NCBI GenBank assembly: GCA_017504265.1
Contig: JAFVRN010000001.1
Coordinates: 33,203-97,202 of the forward strand
Reading direction: 5' to 3'
Source: Alistipes sp.
Lineage (GTDB): Bacteria; Bacteroidota; Bacteroidia; Bacteroidales; Rikenellaceae
DNA: 64,000 nucleotides
Numbering within the stretch: the first letter of the stretch is position 1; every line of letters starts with the position of its first letter. A program made the position numbers and the translations under genes. The notes below the pieces were generated by a model. That model saw nothing but the letters and a program-made list of their open reading frames with translations. It made no database searches and was not told where the DNA came from. This document shows positions 30,658-39,506 of this stretch, in pieces.

Positions 30658-32721
30658 ATGTATTGCAATATGAAGAGACTTTTAGTTATACTATGCACTA
30701 CACTTATTCCCTTCATTGTGACGGCACAAGAGACCGATGCCGAGTCTTGGGCAAAACGAGACTTTCACATCAAAGAGGTTATGGTCTATGGTCAGCGACC
30801 GATGAAAGAGATTGGCACGCAGCAGACCAAAATCGACTCGATTGTTCTAAAAGAGAATATTGCCCTCTCTATGGCCGATGTTCTTACGTTCAACTCCTCT
30901 ATCTTTGTTAAGAACTATGGTCGTGCCACACTCTCTACGGTAGCCTTCCGAGGAACATCACCCTCACACACGCAGGTGTCGTGGAACGGAATGAAGATAA
31001 ACAACCCGATGCTCGGTATGACCGACTTCTCGATGATACCCTCCTACTTTATCGACGATGCCTCGCTACTACACGGCACATCGTCTGTAAATGAGACGGG
31101 AGGAGGCCTTGGTGGTGCTGTCAAGCTATCGACCAAACCTGCAGATGCCAAAGGCTTTGGCTTGCAGTATGTTCAGGGCATTGGTTCGTTCAAAACCTTT
31201 GATGAGTTTCTACGTCTTACATATGGTAACGACCATTGGCAGACCTCAACTCGTGCCGTATTCTCTTCATCGCCCAACGACTACAAATTCCGCAACCACG
31301 ACAAAAAGGAGAATATCTACGATGAGGATATGAATATCATCGACCAATACTACCCTATTGAGCGCAATCGTAGCGGTTCCTACAAAGATCTACACATCTT
31401 GCAGGAGGTATACTACAATACGGGGCGAGGCGACCGATTCGGTTTGAATGCGTGGTATATCAACTCCAATCGAGAGCTTGCTATGCTCACCGTCGATCAC
31501 GGCGACGACACCGACTTCGATAACCGCCAGCGTGAGCAGACCTTCCGTGGAGTCCTTTCGTGGGATCATCTGCGCAACGATTGGAAGATTGGGGCAAAGG
31601 CGGGCTACATCTATACGTGGATGGCCTACGACTACAAACGAGATGTAGGCAATGGCACTATGATGCATATGACACGCTCACGCAGCCGCATCAACACCTT
31701 CTATGGGCAGGTTGATGGCGAGTATCATATTGGCAATAAGTGGCTCTTTACGGCCAACCTCTCGCTGCATCAGCATATCGTAGAGAGCGAGGATAAGAAT
31801 ATCATTCGTCAGGATGGAGGCAAGGCTATCGTCGGCTACCGTAAGGGTCGCCCCGAGCTTTCGGGGTCAATCTCTGCGAAGTGGCGTCCTATCGACCGCA
31901 TAGGACTCTCGGTTGTCGTACGTGAGGAGATGTTCGGCAAGGAGTGGACTCCGATTATTCCGGCACTCTTTATCGACGGTGTACTCTCGAAGCGTGGCAA
32001 TATTGTGGCCAAGGCCTCCGTATCACGCAACTATCGCTTCCCAACACTCAACGACCTCTACTTCCTCCCGGGAGGCAATCCCGACCTTAAAAAGGAGAGC
32101 GGTTGGACCTACGATGCAGGGCTATCGTTTGCCGTTGGACGAGAGGGCATCTACTCGCTGAGTGGCTCGGCCAACTGGTTTGAGTCGTTTATCGAGGATT
32201 GGATAATCTGGCTACCTACAACCAAGGGATTCTTCTCACCCGAGAATATCAAAGATGTACACGCCTACGGAGTAGAGCTCAAAGCTGACCTAAATGTTGC
32301 CCTCACCAAAGAGTGGCAACTGGGGCTGAATGGCACCTTCTCATGGACTCCTTCTATAAATCGAGGTGAGCCACGCACCCCTGCCGACCAATCCGTAGGT
32401 AAGCAGCTGCCCTACGTGCCTGAATTTTCATCTACCATTACAGGACGCTTGTCGTGGCGTCGGTGGACATTCCTGTATAAGTGGTGTTACTACTCGGAGC
32501 GATATACTATGTCCTCCAACGACATCTCACTTACGGGCAAGCTACCGCCCTACTTTATGAGCAACATATCACTCGAAAAGGTACTGACATTCAGCTGGGC
32601 CGATCTCTCGCTGAAAGGTACTATAAACAACCTCTTCGACGAGGAGTACCTCTCGGTACTATCACGCCCTATGCCGGGCATCAACTTCGAGATTTTCATA
32701 GGCATCACACCTAAGTGGTAG
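30658..32721 (+). CDS. btuB: TonB-dependent cobalamin receptor (start may be 30670)
   Basis: Plug motif AFRGTSPSHT...WNG, RFPTLNDLY...GNPDLKKE, INNLFDEEY...PMPG; riboswitch context. Confidence 0.87.
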   Translation: MYCNMKRLLVILCTTLIPFIVTAQETDAESWAKRDFHIKEVMVYGQRPMKEIGTQQTKIDSIVLKENIALSMADVLTFNSSIFVKNYGRATLSTVAFRGTSPSHTQVSWNGMKINNPMLGMTDFSMIPSYFIDDASLLHGTSSVNETGGGLGGAVKLSTKPADAKGFGLQYVQGIGSFKTFDEFLRLTYGNDHWQTSTRAVFSSSPNDYKFRNHDKKENIYDEDMNIIDQYYPIERNRSGSYKDLHILQEVYYNTGRGDRFGLNAWYINSNRELAMLTVDHGDDTDFDNRQREQTFRGVLSWDHLRNDWKIGAKAGYIYTWMAYDYKRDVGNGTMMHMTRSRSRINTFYGQVDGEYHIGNKWLFTANLSLHQHIVESEDKNIIRQDGGKAIVGYRKGRPELSGSISAKWRPIDRIGLSVVVREEMFGKEWTPIIPALFIDGVLSKRGNIVAKASVSRNYRFPTLNDLYFLPGGNPDLKKESGWTYDAGLSFAVGREGIYSLSGSANWFESFIEDWIIWLPTTKGFFSPENIKDVHAYGVELKADLNVALTKEWQLGLNGTFSWTPSINRGEPRTPADQSVGKQLPYVPEFSSTITGRLSWRRWTFLYKWCYYSERYTMSSNDISLTGKLPPYFMSNISLEKVLTFSWADLSLKGTINNLFDEEYLSVLSRPMPGINFEIFIGITPKW

Positions 32722-32877
32722 CCCTTGGCCGCCGCCGCAATATCACCCCAAATAGCAATTTCGAGAGGCCTGTCAGGCTCTTTTCAAAAAAATGTTAATA
32801 AAATAACATTGCTCTGTTGCGAAATTCGGAATTTTTGTTTACTTTTGTGCGCAACATAAATTCTTAACCTGATTGCT

Positions 32878-34353
32878 ATGTCTTTTATTGATGAAAGGGT
32901 ACAGACAACAGGTCTCACATTCGATGATGTGTTGCTCGTACCTGCCTATTCTGAGGTTTTACCTCGCGAAGTTTCGACTGCCGGTCGTTTCTCTCGCAAT
33001 ATCAAGCTGAACATCCCTATCGTATCTGCCGCCATGGACACCGTGACCGAGGCCACGTTGGCTATTGCATTGGCACGTGAGGGCGGTATCGGCGTCATCC
33101 ACAAGAATATGTCTATCGCAGCTCAGGCAGCCCACGTACGTCGTGTTAAGCGTGCCGAGAGCGGTATGATCTACGACCCTGTAACCATCTCCAAGGAGAA
33201 TACCGTAGGCGATGCCCTACAACTTATGCAGGAAAATAAGATTGGCGGTATCCCTGTTGTCGATGAGCGCAATATGCTTATCGGTATCGTCACCAACCGC
33301 GACCTACGTTTCCAGAGCGATATGGAGCGTCGTATCGAGGAGGTTATGACCAAGGAGAATATCGTCACTACGCACGACACCGACCTTAAACTCGCTGCCG
33401 AGGTGCTTCTTGCCAACAAGATCGAGAAGCTTCCTGTTGTCGATGATGAGGGTCACCTTATCGGTCTTATCACCTACCGCGATATCACCAAGCTCAAGGA
33501 TAACCCCAACGCCTGCAAGGATGCCAAGGGTCGTCTGCGTGTTGCTGCCGGCATCGGTATCACACCCGACGCTATGGATCGTGTAGCAGCCTTGGTTGCC
33601 GAGGAGGTGGATGCCGTAGTTTTGGACTCGGCACACGGCCACACCAAGGGTGTTGTATCGCTTCTAAAACAGATTAAACAGACCTATCCGCACCTCGACG
33701 TTGTTGTAGGTAACATCGCTACTGCCGAGGCTGCCAAGTATCTTATAGAGAATGGTGCCGATGGCATCAAGGTAGGTATCGGCCCCGGCTCAATATGTAC
33801 CACGCGTATCATTGCCGGTGTGGGTGTTCCCCAGCTTTCGGCTATCTACGATGCCTCTACCGAGGCCAAGAAGGCGGGCGTGCCTATCATTGCCGACGGT
33901 GGTTTGCGCTACTCGGGCGATATAGTCAAGGCTTTGGCTGCAGGTGGCAACTGCGTTATGGTAGGCTCTATGTTTGCCGGTGTCGAGGAGTCACCCGGCG
34001 ATACTATCATCTACAATGGCCGTAAGTTCAAGGCATACCGAGGCATGGGCTCTATCGATGCTATGAAGGCCGGTTCTGCCGACCGCTACTTCCAGAAGGG
34101 TGCCGAGGGCAATATCAACAAGCTCGTTCCCGAGGGTATCGTTGGCCGAGTGCCATTCAAGGGCAAGCTTTCGGAGACTGTCTTCCAGCTTGTAGGAGGC
34201 ATACGTGCCGGTATGGGTTATTGCGGTGCTAAGGACATCGAGACATTGCAGCAGGCACGTTTCATCCGCATCACATCGAGTGGCGTTACGGAGAATCACC
34301 CGCACGACATCACCATCACCAGCGAGACTCCTAACTATTCACGTGGCGAATAA
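32878..34353 (+). CDS. guaB: IMP dehydrogenase
   Basis: [11 protein letters not shown] pair, [16 protein letters not shown]. Confidence 0.97.
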   Translation: MSFIDERVQTTGLTFDDVLLVPAYSEVLPREVSTAGRFSRNIKLNIPIVSAAMDTVTEATLAIALAREGGIGVIHKNMSIAAQAAHVRRVKRAESGMIYDPVTISKENTVGDALQLMQENKIGGIPVVDERNMLIGIVTNRDLRFQSDMERRIEEVMTKENIVTTHDTDLKLAAEVLLANKIEKLPVVDDEGHLIGLITYRDITKLKDNPNACKDAKGRLRVAAGIGITPDAMDRVAALVAEEVDAVVLDSAHGHTKGVVSLLKQIKQTYPHLDVVVGNIATAEAAKYLIENGADGIKVGIGPGSICTTRIIAGVGVPQLSAIYDASTEAKKAGVPIIADGGLRYSGDIVKALAAGGNCVMVGSMFAGVEESPGDTIIYNGRKFKAYRGMGSIDAMKAGSADRYFQKGAEGNINKLVPEGIVGRVPFKGKLSETVFQLVGGIRAGMGYCGAKDIETLQQARFIRITSSGVTENHPHDITITSETPNYSRGE

Positions 34354-34362
34354 TAGAACAAT

Positions 34363-35892
34363 ATGACAGAGAAGATACTCATAATTGATTTTGGATCACA
34401 ATATACGCAGCTCATAGCACGCCGTATCCGTGAGATGCAGGTATATTGCGAAATTCACCCCTTCAATAATGTCCCTGCCCTCGACTCTTCGGTGCGTGGC
34501 GTTATTATGTCGGGTTCACCCCGCTCGGTGCGCGATGCCGAAGCACCTCGCATCACCCTCGATGCCATCAAGGGGCAGCTGCCGCTGCTCGGCGTATGCT
34601 ATGGCGCGCAGTACCTTGCACACTTCTTCGGTGGCAAGGTGGAGGCCTCGCCCAGCCGTGAGTATGGCCGTGCCCAGATGAAGGTTGTAGATGCGTGCGA
34701 CCCTCTTATGCAGGGTCTTAGCCCCGAGTCACAGGTATGGATGTCGCACGGCGACACCATCACCACCATCCCCGAGGGCTACTCTATTATCGCCTCTACA
34801 TCGGATGTAGCAGTTGCCGCATACCGCATCACAACGGAGCAGACATGGGGCATACAGTTCCACCCCGAGGTATACCACTCTGAGGAGGGCTTCAAGATGT
34901 TGGAGAACTTCGTTGTCGGCATCTGCGGCTGTCAGCAGTCGTGGACTCCTGCAAGTTTTGTGGAGAGTACCGTTAAGGAGCTTCGCGAGAAGCTTGGCGA
35001 CGACAAGGTTGTCTTGGGCTTGTCGGGAGGTGTCGATTCGTCGGTTGCCGCACTACTCTTGCACAAGGCTATCGGCAAGAACCTATACTGCATATTCGTC
35101 GATTCGGGACTTTTGCGCAAGGATGAGTTTGCCGAGGTTATCGAGTCATACCGAGGTATGGGTCTAAATGTCAAGGGTGTAGATGCTTCGGACAAGTTCC
35201 TGGGCGACCTGGCAGGTGTCACCGACCCCGAGACCAAGCGTAAGATTATCGGTCGTGACTTTGTTGAGGTCTTTGAAGCCGAGGCTAAGCAGCTTAGCGG
35301 TGTCAAGTGGCTCGGACAGGGCACTATCTATCCCGATGTTGTCGAGTCAGCACAGGTCAATGGCACTGCCGTTGTCATCAAGTCGCATCACAATGTTGGC
35401 GGTCTTCCCGAGAAGATGGGTTTGAAGGTTGTCGAGCCGTTGCGTCTGCTTTTCAAGGATGAGGTACGTCGTGTAGGTCGCTCTATGGGTATGCCCGAGC
35501 GTCTTATCAGCCGTCACCCATTTCCAGGCCCTGGTTTGGCTATACGTATCCTTGGCGAGATCACCCGCGAGAAGGTCGAAATCTTGCAGAACGTAGATAA
35601 AATCTATATAGACACCTTGCGCGAGACCGGCTGGTACGATAAGATTTGGCAGGCGGGAGCAATACTGCTCCCCGTGCAGTCTGTGGGTGTCATGGGTGAT
35701 GAGCGCACCTACGAGCGATGTGTTGCTCTGCGTGCCGTGCAGTCTACCGATGGCATGACTGCCGACTGGGTACATATACCCTACGAGATATTGGCACGTC
35801 TGTCGAACGAGATTATAAATAAGGTACGCGGTGTAAACCGAGTAGTCTACGATATTTCGTCAAAGCCACCCGCCACAATCGAGTGGGAGTAA
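34363..35892 (+). CDS. guaA: GMP synthase (glutamine-hydrolysing)
   Basis: [31 protein letters not shown]. Confidence 0.97.
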   Translation: MTEKILIIDFGSQYTQLIARRIREMQVYCEIHPFNNVPALDSSVRGVIMSGSPRSVRDAEAPRITLDAIKGQLPLLGVCYGAQYLAHFFGGKVEASPSREYGRAQMKVVDACDPLMQGLSPESQVWMSHGDTITTIPEGYSIIASTSDVAVAAYRITTEQTWGIQFHPEVYHSEEGFKMLENFVVGICGCQQSWTPASFVESTVKELREKLGDDKVVLGLSGGVDSSVAALLLHKAIGKNLYCIFVDSGLLRKDEFAEVIESYRGMGLNVKGVDASDKFLGDLAGVTDPETKRKIIGRDFVEVFEAEAKQLSGVKWLGQGTIYPDVVESAQVNGTAVVIKSHHNVGGLPEKMGLKVVEPLRLLFKDEVRRVGRSMGMPERLISRHPFPGPGLAIRILGEITREKVEILQNVDKIYIDTLRETGWYDKIWQAGAILLPVQSVGVMGDERTYERCVALRAVQSTDGMTADWVHIPYEILARLSNEIINKVRGVNRVVYDISSKPPATIEWE

Positions 35893-35905
35893 TCAGATGA
35901 ATTTT

Positions 35906-35934
35906 GGGGCTGACCTGCGGGTCGGCCTTTTTTT
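35906..35934 (+). terminator. Intrinsic terminator after guaA
   Basis: GGGCTGACC-TGCG-GGTCGGCCT plus T run. Confidence 0.8.
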
Positions 35935-36273
35935 GTGGAGTATGGCCGAGAGCTGTAAGAGCCTTGGCGGTTTCTGCCGAACTGTCATAACCCCTATTGA
36001 CCATAAGAGACAAACAACAACCGCACCCTTGCGCCCCATCCATATATTTTACAACCTATTGCGTAGCATCAGTTACTGTCATTTTTTTATAATTACGTTT
36101 GTTTATTTATAATTTATTTATACCTTTGCACTATTATAGGTGTGATAATCAGGGGAGTTATACAATCCGCAAGAGGCCGATAATGTGAGGCAGGTGAAGA
36201 TATAGGCACGGTGTATAGCCACTCCGAAATCGCATATATACGTGAAAACCAACAACTTAATTTTTATAAACCT

Positions 36274-36405
36274 ATGAGAAAGTTATTTTCAACCGAGGAG
36301 TATGTAGCTCCTGAGATGGAGGTTGTGGCAACTGCCGTAGAGAGCGGTTTTGCCATTTCCGGCAGCATTGATCTTGCTGATGAGTATGAGATTGGCGAAC
36401 TTTAA
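36274..36405 (+). CDS. 43-aa YVxP-motif micro-protein P2 (MRKLFSTEEYVAPEMEVVATAVESGFAISGSIDLADEYEIGEL)
   Basis: A-rich start context; promoter TACCTTTG at 36121-36128; excess of synonymous changes relative to P3. Confidence 0.85.
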   Translation: MRKLFSTEEYVAPEMEVVATAVESGFAISGSIDLADEYEIGEL

Positions 36406-36417
36406 TCTATTGCAACT

Positions 36418-38595
36418 ATGAAGAACATTTTCAAAAGTTTGATGCTTGTTGCAGTAGCTGCAATGGCATTTACGGCTTGTCAGAACGAGCCTGAGTATGT
36501 AGCCGAGAATGGCGGTGAGACTATCGAGATCCGTGTTGAGGCCGGTGTGGATGACACACGTGTATATTTTGGCAACAAGGTTCTCAACTACTATGCTGCA
36601 TACTGGCATGGTACAGAGACCGTTAATGGTTTCCTTTGCGAGGGTAAGGATGGTAGCGGTGCTGAGCACTACGATGCCGTAGAGCTTACCTCTGAGATTG
36701 CCGGTGACAACCGTGTATTCTTCGATCTTAAATTTACCGATGTTAAGGATGTTAAGGATGGCGTTGTTAAGCTCAATGTTGGTTACAACAAGAGCTTCAC
36801 TGTTCCTACTGCCCAGACTCCATTGGCAGACTCTGTAGACCCTGCTGCCATGTTCCTTTCTGGCGAGGCATCATTTAGCAATGGTGCTTACGAGAACCTC
36901 CTTCTCGACCTTGGTTTCGATACTGCTTATGGTAAGATGACTGTCAAGAATGTTGCCGGCGACATCGAAGAGCTTATACTTACTCTCGATGACAAGAAGT
37001 ACAACCTCAACCCCGAGAATGTTGAGAATGGCGTATTTTGGTTTGCTTGCGATGCTTGCACTCCTAAGAAGGCAAGTGTATCTATCGTCGCCGACTACAA
37101 CCTCTACGTTAAGGAGCTTGACCTTACAGCTGCCGAGAACCCATTCAAGTTCGAGAAGGGCACTGTATCTACATTTGCAGTAAACTTTGCAGGTGTCGAA
37201 GCCGATCCTAACGCATACCTTGTACAGTATGAGACTGACAAGTTAGAGGCTTACGGCGTATCAGCTTATTTCGAAGGTTCACATGGATGGAAACTTGTTG
37301 ATAGCGAGAGTAACTCTCAGATTCACTTCGTTCTCAACCGATTGAATACTCCTACCTTGAAGTGCTTTAAGCCTGGCACATACACAAAGTCATCTGCATA
37401 CAAAGATCCCTCTAACAAGCAGACTATCGAGGAGACATGTGTATTTATTGAGAAGTATACGACTGACGGCTCTAACTACACATACAACTCTGGTATTACT
37501 TCGGCATCTATGACCATCACCTTTGTTGAGGCTACTGCTACCGAGGCGGCTTACTATCAGATTATTGTTAATGCCAACGGCGACAAGTTTGGTTTCCGCG
37601 GTATGCCAGAGGGCTTTATCTCGTTCGACGACTTTGAGCCTGTAACACTTGCAGCTCCTGAGGGCTTGGTGGCAGATCCCGAGTATAACAATATCACATT
37701 GAGCTGGAATTCTGTTGCAGGTGCTGATTACTACGAGCTATACCTTGGCAACCCGGCAGGCGCTAGCAATGCCAAGGGTATTAGAGTAGATGGCACTTCA
37801 TACACTCATACCGGCTATGATGTAGATCCAGGCGTAACACAGCAGTGGACAGTACGCGCTGTTAGCAACTACCCTGCTGAGCGACTCACCTCTGCTTGGA
37901 GCAGCCCCTTGGCATCGTTCGTATATCCTGAGGAGCCAGTGCAGTTGGACGCTCCTACCGTATCTGTTAAGGCGGGTAGCGATGCCGAGTACGGCTCTGT
38001 AACCATTCAGTGGAATGCGGTGAATAATGCTGATTACTATGCAGTATACGATTCTGCTGCTGCTAATGCTACTCCTGTTGCAACAATCACTGCTACAGAG
38101 TACACTTACACCTATAGCGACCTCAATGCCGGTACAGCTTACCTTTGGGTACGTGCTATGAGCGATGGCTCTGCAATCAACTCGGAGTTGGCTCAGGTTA
38201 CATTTACCGTTCCTGAGAAGAGCCAGGGCGGAGAGGTTACTATCCCTGAGGGATATGCAAAATTGGATTCAATAGCTCTTGGTTCAGCTTCATACAACAG
38301 TAATTATTGTGGATTCTTGGCAGCATTCTCTTATGTTAATGCAAATTCAGAAAAGGAATCTGGCAATTTGATTTATTGGGCAGGTGGTAATAGTACTATA
38401 CTTAAAGAAGGCACATATACTTGGGCGCAGTATCCAGATTATTCTGGCACAGGATTAGCATTCAAGATCCAGGGTTTCCGTCACAATGGTCTAAAAACCG
38501 CAACGAGTGGCGAAATGAAGGTTGAAGGCAAGCTTCTAACTTTCAGCTTCACAGCAGAAGGAACTGAGTACAAGTATTACCATATTTTGGAGTAA
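36418..38595 (+). CDS. Surface lipoprotein: fimbrillin-like N-terminus, GTY-motif beta domains, two FN3-like domains
   Basis: Lipobox FTAC; DDTR; VPTAQTP..SVDPAA; AYGKMT; FN3-like ITLSWNSVAGADYY and VTIQWNAVNNADYY. Confidence 0.75.
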   Translation: MKNIFKSLMLVAVAAMAFTACQNEPEYVAENGGETIEIRVEAGVDDTRVYFGNKVLNYYAAYWHGTETVNGFLCEGKDGSGAEHYDAVELTSEIAGDNRVFFDLKFTDVKDVKDGVVKLNVGYNKSFTVPTAQTPLADSVDPAAMFLSGEASFSNGAYENLLLDLGFDTAYGKMTVKNVAGDIEELILTLDDKKYNLNPENVENGVFWFACDACTPKKASVSIVADYNLYVKELDLTAAENPFKFEKGTVSTFAVNFAGVEADPNAYLVQYETDKLEAYGVSAYFEGSHGWKLVDSESNSQIHFVLNRLNTPTLKCFKPGTYTKSSAYKDPSNKQTIEETCVFIEKYTTDGSNYTYNSGITSASMTITFVEATATEAAYYQIIVNANGDKFGFRGMPEGFISFDDFEPVTLAAPEGLVADPEYNNITLSWNSVAGADYYELYLGNPAGASNAKGIRVDGTSYTHTGYDVDPGVTQQWTVRAVSNYPAERLTSAWSSPLASFVYPEEPVQLDAPTVSVKAGSDAEYGSVTIQWNAVNNADYYAVYDSAAANATPVATITATEYTYTYSDLNAGTAYLWVRAMSDGSAINSELAQVTFTVPEKSQGGEVTIPEGYAKLDSIALGSASYNSNYCGFLAAFSYVNANSEKESGNLIYWAGGNSTILKEGTYTWAQYPDYSGTGLAFKIQGFRHNGLKTATSGEMKVEGKLLTFSFTAEGTEYKYYHILE

Positions 38596-38617
38596 CAATA
38601 TTAGTTACACTTGTTTT

Positions 38618-38652
38618 TCCGGGGCTCTCATCGAGGGCCTCGGATTTTTTTT
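38618..38652 (+). terminator. Intrinsic terminator (paralog at 42283)
   Basis: TCCGGGGCTCTC-ATC-GAGGGCCTCGGA plus T8. Confidence 0.85.
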
Positions 38653-39140
38653 GTGGGTGCGGTGGGTTCGTGAGTTCGGTGGGTTCGTGAGTTCGGTGGG
38701 TTCGTGAGTTCGGTGGGGGCTGTGGGTGCGGTGGGTTCTATGGGATCTATGGGTTCGGTGGGTGCGGTGGGTGCGGTGGGTGCGGTGGGTGCGGTGGGTG
38801 CGGTGAGAAAAATCCCCATTTAACCCATCTGACCCATCTGACCCACGCTGCTTTGCAGTGGCAGGGCATCGCCCTGCAATAATGGGTTCTGTGAGTGCGG
38901 TGGGTTCTGTGGGTTCTGTGGGAAAAATTCCCATCTGACCCATTTAACCCATTGGACCCATTGGACCCACGCTGCTTTGCAGTGGCAGGGCACAGCCCTG
39001 CAAAACAAAAGCCACGCTCCCTTCAACTACCCTTAACTACCCTTTAACGCCGCAGGCGTGAACTACCCTTTCCGCTGCACAGCAGAGGGCAGGGCATCGC
39101 CCTGCAACAACCGCCCTGCAAAAAAATCCCCCTGCAACAA
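38653..39140 (+). repeat. Mosaic repeat copy 4: two 9-mer/inverted-9-mer blocks (including 3x 17-bp GTGGGTTCGTGAGTTCG), three GCAGGGC palindromes, tail; no long hairpin
   Basis: Same modules as copy 1. Confidence 0.9.
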
Positions 39141-39336
39141 TTACCGCAAAAAAGAATTATTTTTTTCTCACTTTTTTGCAAAATAAAAAAAAATACATAC
39201 CTTTGTATTGATAAAACTGTATATATCCCAAAGTGGCTATATGGGATAATATCTTGAGGAAGATGCAGACAAACGCGATAATTTTACGCAAACAACTAAT
39301 TTTTAACACTATACATTAACTTATTTTTTAACAACT

Positions 39337-39492
39337 ATGAAAACTATCAATTCTGCAATGGAGTATGTAGCTCCTGAGCTTGAGGTCGTTTCAACAGTCG
39401 TTGAGAGCGGCTTTGCCATTTCGGGCATCGAGGACCTGGGATGGGGTGGTGGTATCGACGATGCTACCGAGAATGATTGTGGTGGATTCTAA
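39337..39492 (+). CDS. 51-aa YVxP-motif micro-protein P3 (MKTINSAMEYVAPELEVVSTVVESGFAISGIEDLGWGGGIDDATENDCGGF)
   Basis: Manually translated; not in the ORF track; promoter TACCTTTG at 39198-39205; 19 of 22 core residues identical to P2. Confidence 0.85.
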   Translation: MKTINSAMEYVAPELEVVSTVVESGFAISGIEDLGWGGGIDDATENDCGGF

Positions 39493-39506
39493 AAACTATT
39501 GCAACT

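Noticed and set aside
36274-39492. Lasso peptide or other RiPP gene cluster
   Set aside because: Despite the YxxP motif, there is no RRE, peptidase, cyclase, radical SAM enzyme or peptide exporter nearby; kept only as a trans-acting hypothesis.
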